Origin: Octopus vulgaris
Taxonomy: Eukaryota
Direction: 5' to 3'
DNA: 64,000 nucleotides
NCBI GenBank assembly: GCA_951406725.2
Contig: OX597818.1
Span: 138,446,001-138,510,000 of the forward strand
Shown here: positions 1 to 12,185 of the stretch, piece by piece
Layout: every line of letters starts with the position of its first letter
Position numbering within the stretch: the stretch's first letter is position 1
Notes under the pieces: model-generated
Seen by the model: only the letters and a program-made list of their open reading frames with translations
Told to the model about the DNA's origin: nothing
Database searches by the model: none
Program-made: the position numbers and the translations under genes

Positions 1-108
1 AAATTTTTTTTTTCGTAATGAGATAAAAAAATACCAAGGCTGTGTAAATTTTAGAACATCTACACAGCCTTGGTTTTTTTTTTTTTATCTCATTACGAAA
101 AAAAATTA
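1..108. repeat. Inverted repeat (about 50-bp arms), probable Penelope-like fold-back remnant, possibly truncated by the window edge
   Basis: TTTTCGTAATGAGATAAAAAAATACCAAGGCTGTGTA (left) is the near reverse complement of TACACAGCCTTGGTTTT..TATCTCATTACGAAAA (right). Confidence 0.8.
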
Positions 109-187
109 TAAATCGAAAAGCATTTTTTCCCCTGGACCCCATTGATTACTATTTTATTCTGGTGGATTCCCGTTGACATTTGATGTT

Positions 188-230
<43 letters not shown>

Positions 231-231
<1 letters not shown>

Positions 232-608
232 TAGCAGTATCTCCCGGCGTTGCTCGGGTTTATAAGGGAAATAACTATACAAGCATTTTTAGAGAGTTAT
301 AGCCAAAAAATAGCAAAAAAAAGCATTAAAAATGGAAAAAAATTATGGTAATTTTTTTTTTAAATCGTTGACTCATTGTAGACATTTTTAGAGAGTTACT
401 TCCCTTAGCAAAAAAATGCATTAAAATGGAAAAAATGATGGTAAATTATTTTTAAAATCGTAGACTCGCGCTAATACCCAGAAGGGCTCGATATGAATCA
501 CGACTATAAGATACCCGCTTTTGGTTACACGGCACCGCAAAATGTGGGAGTAGTTAGGAATCTAAATCGTAGGAGACAGACACACAACTTCTCTTTTATA
601 TATAAAGA
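231..608 (-). mobile_element. Non-autonomous Helitron, family 1
   Basis: Minus strand starts TC(TTTATATATAAAAG) and ends with hairpin CCCGAGCAACGCCGGG then CTAG; sits between A and T inside (TA)n; homologous to 38672-39184. Confidence 0.85.
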
Positions 609-629
609 TATATATATATATATATATAT

Positions 630-737
630 TGGCCTGCTCGCTTAGCCAGCGGGGTGGCGTCATTTGAAGGCTAAAACAATGCGAAGCACATTGTGACCAG
701 CGATGTGTAGCAACATCTGATAGCCTGGTCGGTCACG

Positions 738-742
<5 letters not shown>
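630..742 (+). mobile_element. RTE-type LINE (or RTE-tailed SINE) 3' end remnant
   Basis: TGTGACCAGCGATGT...CTGGTCGGTCACGGTGAT aligns with the 3' end of the RTE fragment at 59185-59436 (TGTGACCAGCGGTGT...CTGGTCGGTCAAAGTGAT). Confidence 0.6.
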
Positions 743-769
<27 letters not shown>

Positions 770-801
770 CGCATATACATTACTTGTATATATAGAAATT
801 T

Positions 802-806
<5 letters not shown>

Positions 807-895
<89 letters not shown>
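807..895. repeat. (AGT)n microsatellite
   Basis: Pure trinucleotide run. Confidence 0.97.
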
Positions 896-1142
896 CGGAA
901 CTGAGTTAAATGCCCCTGCAGTATGACTTACCTGAATGTTTTTTTCTTCGGAAATATGAGGCGAATGTGTAATGCATGTAAAACTGGACTTAATGAATTA
1001 TTCCTATAAGAATTATTCCTGTAATTCTCACAGTTCAAGCAGGTAATCATGGTGGATCTTTAGACAAGGTAGATAACTCTACCTGACTCACGGAATATAT
1101 AAATAGAGTTTGAAGTTCAAATAAGTGTTATTCCGTTACTCT

Positions 1143-1519
1143 GTGGAGGCGCAATGGCCCAGTGGTTAGGGCAGCGGACTCGCGGTCATAGGATCGCGGT
1201 TTCGATTTCCAGACCGGGCGTTGTGAGTGCTTATTGAGCGAAAACACCTAAAAGCTCCACAAGGCTCCGGCAGGGGATGGTGGTGATCCCTGCTGCACTC
1301 TTTCACCACAACTTTCTCTCACTCTTACTTCCTGTTTCTGTTGTACCTGTATTTCAAGGGCCCGGCTCTCTGTGTCACGCTGAATATCCCCGAGAACTAC
1401 GTTTAGGGTAAACGTGTCTGTGGAGTGCTCAGCCACTTACACGTTAATTTCACGAGCAGGCTGTTCCGTTGATTCGGATCAACCGGAACCCTCATCGTCG
1501 TAACCGACGGAGTGCTTCC
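1143..1519 (+). mobile_element. Full-length tRNA-derived SINE, family B, with 13-bp target-site duplication
   Basis: A box TGGCCCAGTGG, B-box-like GTTTCGATTTCC; TSD ATTCCGTTACTCT at 1130-1142 and 1520-1532; near-identical copy at 56538-56910. Confidence 0.92.
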
Positions 1520-1536
1520 ATTCCGTTACTCTAGCG

Positions 1537-1698
1537 CAGTGATCCGCAACCGATATGTCGCGGCACATTGATATGTCACGTGACGATGCTAGGCGTGCCG
1601 CAGTGTAACGTTAATACAATTTTTCCCTATATTTTTTTTCTTATATATTCTTAGTTCAGGTGTGCCGCCGAATTTCGAAATGAATATAAGTGTACCAT
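1537..1698. mobile_element. Degenerate hAT-like MITE, right end apparently lost at the SINE-A insertion
   Basis: Starts CAGTGATCCGCAACC, like the CAGTG-type TIRs at 8605 and 17835; repeated GTGCCGC motifs. Confidence 0.45.
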
Positions 1699-1700
1699 AA

Positions 1701-1864
1701 GCGTAGGAGTGGCTGTGTGGTAAGTAGCTTGCTTACGAACCACGTGGTTCCGGTTTCACTCCCACTGCGTGGCACCTTGGGCAAGTGTCTTCTACTGTAG
1801 CCTCGGGCTGACCAATGCCTTGTGAGTGGATTTGGTAGACGGAAACTGAAAGAAGTCCGTCGTA

Positions 1865-1931
<67 letters not shown>

Positions 1932-2169
1932 TTATATATATGTATGTATGTGTGTGTATATGTTTGTGTGTCTGTTTATTCCCCCAACATCGCTTGACAA
2001 CCGATGCTGGTGTATTTGCGTCCCCGTAAGTTAGCGGCTCCGCAAAAGAGACCGATAGAATAATACTAGGCTTACAAAGAATAAGTCCTAGGGTTGATTT
2101 GCTCGACTAAAGGCGGTGCTCCAGCATGGCCACAGTCAAATGACTGAAACAAGTAAAAGAGTAAAAGAG
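1701..2169 (+). mobile_element. Full-length tRNA-derived SINE, family A, with internal (TA)n
   Basis: A box TGGCTGTGTGG, B-box-like GGTTTCACTCCC, CORE-like GCACCTTGGGCAAGTGTCTT, internal microsatellite, (GTAAAAGA)n tail; more than 10 homologues in the window. Confidence 0.92.
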
Positions 2170-3140
2170 CAAGTGAAAACGTGTTGCGGAGCGTTGCTCG
2201 AGCGTCGACGTGGACGAACTGGCTGGGATGTTTCCGCAGACGTTCGGGTCAGGAATCACAATGGATAATTTTCAAAACTCAATGATCTGGCAATGCTTTC
2301 GAGAGATACTTTTTACCCAAATTTCATACTTGTTCGAGAAAATCTTCAGGAGCATGGAGGTTTCGCCAGGTTTGACATCCGAGATGCGGGCTGAACGCAC
2401 GCCGAAACAAATCCAGCTCGCAGTCGTGCACTGTGTCCGAGTATTGTGTTGAACAGCTGTTGTCGCGCGGCGGACGAATTCCGACTGTCCCCCAAGTTCT
2501 TAGTTGAAGATTACTCACAAGGTGAAGCAGGTGGTGTTCCTCTGTGTAGGGGCTATGAGGAAAGATGTTGTGTGCTAGTAGTCGTGACTGGAAGAATTGT
2601 AAACAGACGTTTTCCTTTTCGATTTGTTCTCATCGATTTATTCAAGTTTCACTTGGTAAAGAAAGTGAGGGCGGAGAGGGACATGCTCTCCCTCTGCAGC
2701 ATTTATTGCGAATGGTATGATTTGAGAATGCGTTTTGGCTGCTATTTCTAACAAAAAAGTCCCCATATGTGATCATATAGAGACTTTCCCTTTATAGTGG
2801 ACTATGAGGTGTTTACAGGATGTAGGTTTTACAAGCGGTTACTAATCTAGCTCGATATTGTTTATGTTGGATGCTTAGGGTAAATAAATCGACACCACCA
2901 TCCCGTAAAATGTCGGGACTTGTGCTAATAGTAGAACCCATTACATTGTCATCATTATCAATTATCATCTTCATTATTATCGACATCCTCGTTGTTATTA
3001 TAGTTGTTTTTCTTTTGTTTTGTATTTCCTGTTTTATACTGTAAAGCCCCACAGGCCCAAACAATGGGCCCAAGGCATTATAAAGGTGTCATTTGACTGA
3101 TAACATTTACCGTATTATGTAAGGTGTTCCAGGTAGAGCA

Positions 3141-3890
3141 ACACTAATTTATTAAGCAAGCATGCAGCTAATTAATTAACTAATTAATTAAGCAAGTAAG
3201 CAACTAATTAATTCAGAAATGAATTAAACAAACAATTAATTAAGCAAGCAACTAGTTAATTAACTAATTAATTAAGCAAGTAAGCAACTAATTAATTCAG
3301 AAATGAATTAAACAAACAATTAATTAAGCAAGCAACTAGTTAATTAACTAATTAATAAAGCAAGCAACTAGTTAATTAACTAATTAATAAAGCAAGCAAG
3401 AAACTAATTCATTAAGTATTTAATTAAGCAAGCAGCTAATTATTTAACTAATTAATTAGGTAAGCAACTAATTAATTAGCTAATTAATCAAGCAAGCAAA
3501 TATTTAATTAATTAAATAAGCAAGCGACTAATTAATTAGCGAACAACTAATTAATAAGCAAGCAACTAATTAATTAGCTAATTAATTAAGGAAGCAACTA
3601 ATTAATTAGTTAACTACTTAGGCACCTAATTAATTAAGCAATCAACTAATTAAATAAGGAAGCAAGCAACTGATTTTTTTAACTAATTGATTAAGCAAGC
3701 AACTAATTAATTAACTAATTATTTAAGCAAGTAAGCAACTAATTATTTAAGCAATCAACTAATTAATGATCTAATTAATTAAGGGAAGCAAGCAACTTAT
3801 TAATTGACCAATTATTTAAGCAAGCAGGCAACTAATTAATTAACTAATTATTTAATTAAGCAAGCAACTATTTAATCAACTAATTAAGTA
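3141..3890. repeat. AT-rich satellite, unit approximately TAATTAATTAAGCAAGCAAC
   Basis: About 750 bp of degenerate ~20-bp units with an internal ~84-bp higher-order duplication near 3175-3345. Confidence 0.9.
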
Positions 3891-4012
3891 AGCAGACTTT
3901 ATTGTTTTGGTCTTTCACAACAACATCTGGTTTATTTGCCTTGATGATCCGGTCTGTACATACTGGGAAGTCCCAAAGAATAGTTACATTCTCTTCCTCA
4001 GTTACAGCCTCC
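3886..4012 (-). mobile_element. R4/Dong-type non-LTR retrotransposon fragment (restriction-like endonuclease domain)
   Basis: Manual translation EAVTEEENVTILWDFPVCTDRIIKANKPDVVVKDQNNKVCLL fits the WD..TDR..N(R/K)PD..D..CLLID pattern of RLE-clade elements. Confidence 0.8.
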
Positions 4013-4335
4013 ACCAGATAGTTTCTCTGCAGGTTGTTTATATGATTTGATTACACAACAATATTTCTTAGTTGACCCCATCGTACCAAAACTCTTTACA
4101 TTACTCGTAGAATCAGTTTCATTCAAACTAGGCAATGAACACAAAAGGAAACAATACGGGTGAGGCAAGTTGCAACAAAAGTTATATAAGTCTAACGCTT
4201 AAAATGAAAAATAATAGTCTTGACGTTTTGGGCGCTTGTCCTTCATCATAAATAATTTTTAATGTGACAAGACAATTGGAACTACTTTCAAATCATTTTG
4301 TTGGTGTGCTAACGATTCTGCTATCATTAATTTAA

Positions 4336-4605
4336 GGGGTCGATAAATGAAGTACCAGTTACGTACTGGGGTTGATGTAATCGACTTAATCCGTTTGTCT
4401 GTCCTTGTTTGTCCCTTCTGTGTTTAGCCTCTTGTGGGTAGTAAAGAAATAGGTATTTCGTTTTGAGTTCAAATTCCGCCGAGGTCGACTTTGCCTTTCA
4501 TGTTCTCGGGGTCAATTAAATAAGTACCAGTTATACACTGGGGTCGATGTAATCGACCAGACCCCTTTCCCAAATTTCAAGTATTTTACCTTTAGTAGAA
4601 AAGAT
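4336..4605 (+). mobile_element. SINE family C partial dimer (tail-1 unit joined to a tail-2 unit)
   Basis: GGGGTCGAT..AAGTACCAG body twice; junction AAAGAAAT|AGGTATTTCG at about 4450. Confidence 0.85.
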
Positions 4606-4994
4606 TATTATTATTATTATAAATGTCTGAAATTACAAAATATATATATTTTTTTAAAATAATATATTCCTGTGCATATGTACGAGTACAGATGTGTATG
4701 TGTAATATGCAAATAACATCATACAAAATTAGATAGATTATATTAAACTAAATTCTTTTTTGCGGACAAAAATTTAAAACAATAATAAACATTTATAAGA
4801 CATAATTAAAGAAACATTGTAGACGCTTTGTTTTCATTTCGTCTTCCTTCTTCAGCAAAATTCTACTTAGCTTCTCTTACTTCCATTCCTTATTCTCATT
4901 TCAACCATCTTCATTTACACTCCAGCTTTTCTCTTTCCGTATCTATCTGTCTCTCTCTCCCTCCCTCCCTCCCTCATTCTCTCTTTCTCTCTTT

Positions 4995-5040
<46 letters not shown>

Positions 5041-5202
5041 CTTTCTTTACCAGGCATTAATTTAATTTTTCTAATTCATTCGGTGGAGCGAGAGAAATGC
5101 AGTCACACAAACCAGTACTCGTTCTTCTGTACGTTAATGAGCCTTTCGCTATCACTTCTAACCAACACACACACACACACACACATGCACACACACACAC
5201 AT

Positions 5203-5246
<44 letters not shown>

Positions 5247-5316
5247 ACATGCACACGCACGTTAATGGAGCTATTCTTCATTTGTTCTTCACCGTCTGCA
5301 CTCTCACAGATAACAC

Positions 5317-5352
<36 letters not shown>

Positions 5353-5452
5353 AATACTTCACCCAACACCTTCGTTGCCCATCTCCTTCGTTCTCTTTCT
5401 CTCTTTCCTTGTCTGTCTTTCCTTCTATCTCTTTCTCTCTATCTCTCTTTCT

Positions 5453-5498
<46 letters not shown>

Positions 5499-5614
5499 GC
5501 ACAAAGTAAACTCATAAATGACACAAATGCAAAACAAGGCGGGAGAAATATAGTACTCGAATACCAAAGGTAGAGTAATATGCTTTTACTAAAGCTGCAA
5601 AATTATACCACAAG

Positions 5615-5656
5615 AATTGTTACTCAGAGTTTCACGTCCCCGTTCGTCGGACAGTT
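5615..5656 (-). ncRNA. Minimal type-I hammerhead-ribozyme motif (U4C core), Penelope-like remnant
   Basis: Minus strand reads AACUGU CCGACGA ACG-GGGA-CGU GAAA CUCUGAG UA ACAAUU; stems I, II and III can be drawn. Confidence 0.65.
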
Positions 5657-5740
5657 GTGATGAATAGACAAACAGACAGACAGACCGACAGACAGGCAGG
5701 CAGGCAGGCAGACAGGCAGGTAGACAGACAGACAGACAGG

Positions 5741-5771
<31 letters not shown>

Positions 5772-5781
5772 GCAGGCAGGC

Positions 5782-5842
<61 letters not shown>

Positions 5843-6126
5843 TGATGGCTGCAAACTCGTGTCCGACATTTGCCATCGCCTGATCAAAAATCCCACACAT
5901 GCGAAGGCTACAACCAGCCATTTTGGTGATAGGTCTTATTTATGTTTTTTAAGCGATGTTTGTGCTTTATGATTTTTTTTTTTATAGTGGGGAAAGGATT
6001 TGGACAAATCCAGTCCGACTCTCTGAGCGTGGACAACATAAACTCGAAAAGAAGAACAAGTCTACATCATCGAATATTATCAGTGTCGCAGGTTTTCTCT
6101 CAGAGTTTCCGTCTCCTAGAGAGATG

Positions 6127-6127
<1 letters not shown>

Positions 6128-6157
<30 letters not shown>

Positions 6158-6526
6158 CATACATACATCCAAACATACATACATCCAAACATACATACAT
6201 ACATACATACATACATACATACATACATACATAAATACATACACACACACATTCGTACATCCAAACATACATACATACATACATACAAACGTACATACAC
6301 ACATACATACATACATACATACATACATACATACATACATACATACATGCATACACACATACATACATATATACACACATACATACATACATACATACAT
6401 ACATACATACATTCATACATACATACATTCATACATACATCCGTACATACATACATACATACATACACACATACATACATACATACAAACATACATACAC
6501 ACATACATACATACATACATACATAC
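6128..6526. repeat. (TACA)n tetranucleotide microsatellite
   Basis: Direct inspection; source of the YIHT/MYVC ORFs. Confidence 0.95.
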
Positions 6527-6625
6527 GATAAGGTGCTGATGGGTTCCTGGTTCATTAGACTACGACCATGCTGGAGCACAGCTTTTAGAAATTTTTAGTC
6601 GAATGAATCGGCCCCAGTACATTTT

Positions 6626-6831
6626 TCTCTTTTACTTTTACTTGTGTTTCAGTCATTTGACTGTGGCCATGCTGGAGCACCGCCTTTAATCGAGCAAATC
6701 GACCCCGGGACTTATTCTTTGTAAGCCTAGTACTTATTCCATCGGTCTCTTTTGCCGAGCCGCTAAGTGACGGGGACGTAAACACACCAGCATCGGTTCT
6801 CAAGCGATGGTGGGGGACAAACACGGACACA

Positions 6832-6919
<88 letters not shown>

Positions 6920-7097
6920 CCACAGGCTTCTTTCGGTTTCCATCTGCCAAATCCACTCACAAGGCTTTGGTCAGCCTGAGGCTATAGTAGAAGACACTTG
7001 CCCACGGTGCCACGCAGTAGGACTGAACCCAGTAGGTCAGCAAGTTACTGAATGTGGTTGGTTAGCAAGCTACTTACCACACAACCACTCCTACGCC
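6626..7097 (-). mobile_element. SINE family A nested inside an older family-A copy (about 6545-7380)
   Basis: Complete A copy; flanks 6545-6620 and 7099-7380 rejoin into a more diverged A copy in the same orientation. Confidence 0.85.
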
Positions 7098-7424
7098 TTC
7101 GGTTCTCTTTTGCCAAACGGATAAGTTACGGGGGTGTAAACACACCAACACCTATTGTCTACAGGTGGTGGTGACAAACATAGACACAAATTCACACACA
7201 CACACTATATATATATAATGACAAGCTTCTTTCAGTTTCCATCAACCAAATCTACTCACAAGGCTCTGGTCGACCCGAGGCTAAAATAGAAGACACTTAC
7301 CCAAGGTGACATGGAGTGAGACTGAACCCAGAACCATGTGCTTAGGATGCAAACTTCTTACACACATCCACGCCTGCGTCTGTATGTATGTATGTATGCA
7401 TGTATATATATATATTAATATATA

Positions 7425-7478
<54 letters not shown>

Positions 7479-8001
7479 ATCACTTTCTTCGCTTTTGTAC
7501 AGTAATTAAACCGTGGGGGATTCCATGTGAGCGAGTCAGTTTCCGAAGTGAATATCTGACAAAGCAACCGGCTATTGTTTTCAGTAAAGGTCATATGACA
7601 GTCCTATATTTAGGGGACACTGAAAGGCAAACATACAAATGTGTGTGTGAGTGTATATGTGTGTCAGTGTGTGTATGTATTATGCGTGTACGTCCTGTGT
7701 GTGTGTGTATGTGTATTATATTTCTTCATTGGTATAGAGTTTGTCAGCGACATGAAAGGGAGCAATCACTTTGAAAGAATGGGTCGAGTCATCCATTTGA
7801 GAATCAGATAATACCATTCTGTGGTATCTTTTGATTCTGCAACGCAGGTACGAAACTGTATACTGTTGTGAGTCGAGGCTACAGCTCGGCTGTATAAACC
7901 GTTCAACTCCAACTCTGTTACCTCCAGTAACATGCTGAAATAAGATCCGTCCATATATTATACGCGTATATACACACACTGACATAGAGAGAAAAGGAAA
8001 C

Positions 8002-8032
<31 letters not shown>

Positions 8033-8205
8033 GAGAAAGAAACAAAGCAAGAAAGAAAGATAGAAAGAAAAAAGACAGAAAGACAGAAAGAGAGAAAGAA
8101 AGAAAGAAAGAATGAAAGAAAGAAAGAAAGAAAAAGCTGTAGCGCGACGTGACTCAGGGTCTGACAGCCTTTTGCGTTGCATTTATCATATATACATATA
8201 TACAT

Positions 8206-8239
<34 letters not shown>

Positions 8240-8295
8240 ACGTGTGTGTGTGTGTAAAAATTATTTTCCCAAATAAATTGCATTTCATATTCGAG

Positions 8296-8374
8296 GCTCC
8301 GATGAAGTTATAAGGTGTTACTCAAGAACCCAACTATGAGTCCACTGCATCTTGTAGCGGAAACAGCTGCAAGC
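8296..8374 (+). ncRNA. Degenerate hammerhead motif with long stem II, Penelope-like remnant
   Basis: GCU CCGAUGA A GUUAUAAGGUGU...GCAUCUUGUAGC G GAAA CAGCUG CA AGC; 3' half recurs as GGAAACAGCTGTAAGC on the minus strand at 15511-15526. Confidence 0.55.
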
Positions 8375-8431
8375 TAATGCACTTCATAATCGTTTATTCC
8401 TTTGTCATCTCATTTCCTCTTTTATATACAT

Positions 8432-8480
<49 letters not shown>

Positions 8481-8604
8481 TAAAGTGAGAGAGAGAGAGA
8501 AAATGAGAGTAAGAGTGAGAGAGAGAGAGAGAGAGAGACAAAGAGAGAGACAGAGAAAGAGAGAACGTGAACTGGCGTAAGAAATTGTACTCACTATTTT
8601 AGTA

Positions 8605-8902
8605 CAGTGCTACTCAAAGTGGTGCTCCGCGGACTCGTGCCGGTCCGCGAGCCATCAGCTGCCGGTACGCGGTGAGTTTCCAGAAAAGAAAGAAACATTA
8701 TAAAATGATTATAAAATGCTGGTGTAATATTGTATTATTTGTTTACGGAATATAAGATAAAAATATTGTCAACTTTTATTATATTCATTAAATATATTGT
8801 TTCCGGTATAAATTAATATTACTAAGAACTATTACGGGTCCCTGGTTCATTGGGGGAAAAAAAAGTGCCGGTACGCCATATCAGATAGTTTGAGAAACAC
8901 TG
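8605..8902. mobile_element. hAT-like MITE
   Basis: TIRs CAGTGCTACTCAAAGT and AGTTTGAGAAACACTG; degenerate 8-bp flanks TTTTAGTA/CATTAGTT. Confidence 0.75.
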
Positions 8903-8914
8903 CATTAGTTGATA

Positions 8915-9062
8915 TTCTTTTCTACCCTAGGCACAAGGCCCGAGATTTTTGAGAAGGGGGCCAGTCGATTAGATCGACCCCAGTACGCAACTGGTACTTA
9001 ATTTATCGACCCCGAAAGGATGAAAGACAAACTCGACCTCGGCGGAATTTGAACTCAGAATG
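8915..9062 (-). mobile_element. SINE family C, tail-2 type, 5'-truncated
   Basis: CTAGGCACAAGGCCC...GACCCCAGT...ACTGGTACTTA...GAATTTGAACTCAGAA. Confidence 0.85.
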
Positions 9063-9109
9063 TCTGCGTTAGTAGATATTAAGAATATTCAGATTTTGGT
9101 CGGATTAGT

Positions 9110-9160
9110 CTCTTACTTCATGAGCCAGAGAAAACAAGCGAAACTCCGGAGTAGGAAGAG
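9110..9160 (+). ncRNA. Degenerate hammerhead motif
   Basis: CUCUUAC UUCAUGA GC...GC GAAA CUCCGGAG UA GGAAGAG; palindromic stem III and pairing stem I, but the core is mutated. Confidence 0.45.
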
Positions 9161-9218
9161 AATGACTTGACTAAAAACAAAAGTTGTGTGTGTGTGTGTG
9201 TGTGTGTGTGTACGTGTA

Positions 9219-9636
9219 CTCTTTTACTCTTTCTCTTGTTTCAGTCATTTGACTGTGGCCATGCTGGAGCACCGCCTTGAATCGAGCAAATCGACCCCAG
9301 GACTTATTCTTTGTAAGCCTAGTACTTATTTTATCGGTCTCTTTTTGCCGAACCGTTAAGTTACGGGGACGTAAACACACCAGCATCGGTTGCCAAGCGA
9401 TGTTGGGGGGCGGGTAACAAACACAAACACACAAGCATATACACACGCACATACATATATATATGAACATATATACGACGGGCTTCTTTTCAGTTTCCGT
9501 CTACTAAATCCACTCACAAGACTTTGGTCGGCCCGAGGCTATAGTAGAAAACATTTGCCCAAGGTGCCACGTAGTGGGACTGAACCCGGAACCATGTGGT
9601 TCGTAAGCAAGTTACTTACCACACAGCCACTCCTAC
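9219..9636 (-). mobile_element. SINE family A
   Basis: Reverse complement of the family-A consensus seen at 1701 and 26050. Confidence 0.92.
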
Positions 9637-9929
9637 TTATATAGAGATACATATACACTTGTAGCGTTCCAGCCACTTCGTAAAGGCCCCATAGAATTCT
9701 CAACGGTGAAGGTGTCTGGGACTCTTATCACACAGTGTCATGTGTGCGTATGAGCGTGTTGTAGAAACACCAATGTGTAAGTGTATATATAAGTATGTAT
9801 ACATACATACATCGATATATATGTGTGTATTTACGTATTTTTCACTCGTTGGTGATGTCCTGTACGTAATGTATTTTATATTTATTTATTTATAATCGAA
9901 CGCCTCGCAGCCTTGTCCACAGTAAGTTG

Positions 9930-9960
<31 letters not shown>

Positions 9961-9970
<10 letters not shown>

Positions 9971-10316
9971 AATTAAGGACTGAACACGAAAAGTGGACAG
10001 TCAACATGCTAGATATAGACGTCAAATCGTCATTCTCCACAAAAGATTATGTTCTCAGATCAAACTCAACACAAAACCATAGCAATAAACAAGTGAAAAA
10101 TATACGAAATAAAATAATTACCCATGTACTAACTTAGTTTCAGTTAGTACATGGGTAATTATTTTATTTCGTATATTTTTCACTTGTTTATTGCTATGGT
10201 TTTGTGTTGAGATTTGATCTGAGAACATAATATTTTGTGGAGAATGACGATTTGACGTCTATATCTAGCATGTTGACTGTCCACTTTTCGTGTTCAGTCC
10301 TTAATTGGTATATATA
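9961..10316. repeat. Long palindrome (about 174-bp arms, 7-nt loop), probable Penelope-like inverted terminus
   Basis: 9961-10134 is the near-perfect reverse complement of 10142-10316; loop TAGTTTC; starts in (TA)n. Confidence 0.92.
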
Positions 10317-10421
10317 AATATTTTAATCTTCGGATTCTTTTTTAATATGCTAGACCACTGGTCTTAATTGATAAATATCAATTTCTACCCTTAATTAATT
10401 TTATATATATATATATATATA

Positions 10422-10750
10422 CGAGCAAAAAGCCCCCCACCGTCCGTCCAATGGACGGTGCTGAGTTGTCAAATATTTAAACCAAATTTTCTCAAAACAA
10501 CTTGTCCGACCGTCCCATAGGCCTCAAAGAAGAAATAAAAGATAGACTTTTATTCTATTCCAAAGGAAAACGATTTTATTCGCTTAATCGATCGCATTCT
10601 CACCTGGAATCGATTTTTGTAATTTTTTCAAGACTTATACACGCCCTGATACCGTCGGTATCTACATATCAAATTTGAACGCAATCTGATGGAGGATGCC
10701 CGAGACTCTAGAAGACACACACAGACAGACAGACGGATTTTATATAACAG

Positions 10751-10751
<1 letters not shown>
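10422..10751 (-). mobile_element. Non-autonomous Helitron, family 2
   Basis: Minus strand starts TCTGTTATATAAAATCCGTCTGTC, has a subterminal hairpin CACCGTCC-N7-GGACGGTG and ends CTCG (decayed CTAG); inserted in (TA)n. Confidence 0.65.
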
Positions 10752-10781
<30 letters not shown>

Positions 10782-10887
10782 CTTCATAAGTATCTACAGT
10801 ATATACATGCACGAGTATCTACTGAGAGCAAGATCTATCTATCTATCTATCTATCTGTCTATCTATCTATCTATCTATCTATCTGAC

Positions 10888-10951
<64 letters not shown>

Positions 10952-12141
10952 AGTCTGTATGTATTTATGTATATATGCACACAGACGTGTGTGTGTGTGT
11001 ATGTGTGTGTGTGGGGGATGCGAGTTTAGGATTGAATTATTTGCACAATAGTCGCGCAGGAGGCGGGGCGGCGGGTGTTTCTCTGACTGGATATATTTCA
11101 CGTTGCTATAGTTGTTACTGCGACTATACCGCAGCGGCCCTTTGAACATCAACATCAAAAGGACATCAAGAATGGGTGGAGATGGTGGTGACTGCCTGTC
11201 AGTCGGAGAGGATCCCCCGTTGCTCCGGATTAAGTTACAGGTGGAAACGGTCATCGCACATACGGCGGCGGCGGCGGCGATTGTGGTGGGTCTGTTATTG
11301 GTGTTGGTGTTGGTGTTGGTGGTGGTGGGGGGGTGAGGGGGGTAGTGGTGGTGGTGGTGGTGGTGGTGGTGGTGGTGGTGGTGATGGTGGGGTGGTGGTG
11401 AGGGTGAGTATGGTAATGGTGGTAGTGATGGTTCTGTTACTGGTAGCGGTTCTGTTACTGGTGGTGGTGGTGGTGGTATATAGGTATGGTAGTCTTACTA
11501 CAACTACTACTACCAGTGGGATTGAACCCGGAACCACGTGGCTGGTAAACACAGCTATAACTAATTTTTTTTTTTTTTTTGTCAGTAAATGTTATTTCCT
11601 ATTTGCTCTTATCTAGAATTCAAACGAAATCCCTAATATTCCCTTCAAACTGTGCCTTTATGGCCTGGGCATCAATGCTTTGACGCTGACCAATTTCCCA
11701 TTACATTTCAGACAGATTTAGCGCTGAGTTGCTAAAGCAGAAATATCGTTATAGAAAATATTCCGTTCAATACCACACATTTACTTGTCAGTTGCTTGAC
11801 CTTAACCACTTGAGCACGTCCCTTTAGTGGCTGATGATAAATGCATCTGTGATCATGAACAGGTGTAGCGAGGGTGGGGGGAGGCATCAGAGCATCATTG
11901 TCATGTGGTGAGAGGGATTCTTTGGGGGGGCTTGAATAAATGTAAAAAAAGCAAAATTTGAAGAAAATATTAGCCCCTTTACATACTTTCTAGGGATAAG
12001 CAAATAGGAAATAACAGTTGCTATACAAGGTAAAAAAAAAAGGGGGGGAGAAGGGGACAAAAATCGTGTTAGTGTAATTAATAGAAGGAAAGAGACGAGA
12101 AAAAGAGAAAGAAAGATCAAAGGGTTTTATATTATATAAAG

Positions 12142-12185
<44 letters not shown>

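Noticed and set aside
926-1005. Minus-strand exon ending CAG|GTAAGT at 932
   Set aside because: Weak acceptor and no recognisable peptide; an isolated consensus donor is expected by chance
1143-1220. tRNA gene (also the heads at 1701, 22020, 40420 and 56538)
   Set aside because: A and B boxes are present but no proper acceptor stem, and each continues into a SINE body, some with TSDs
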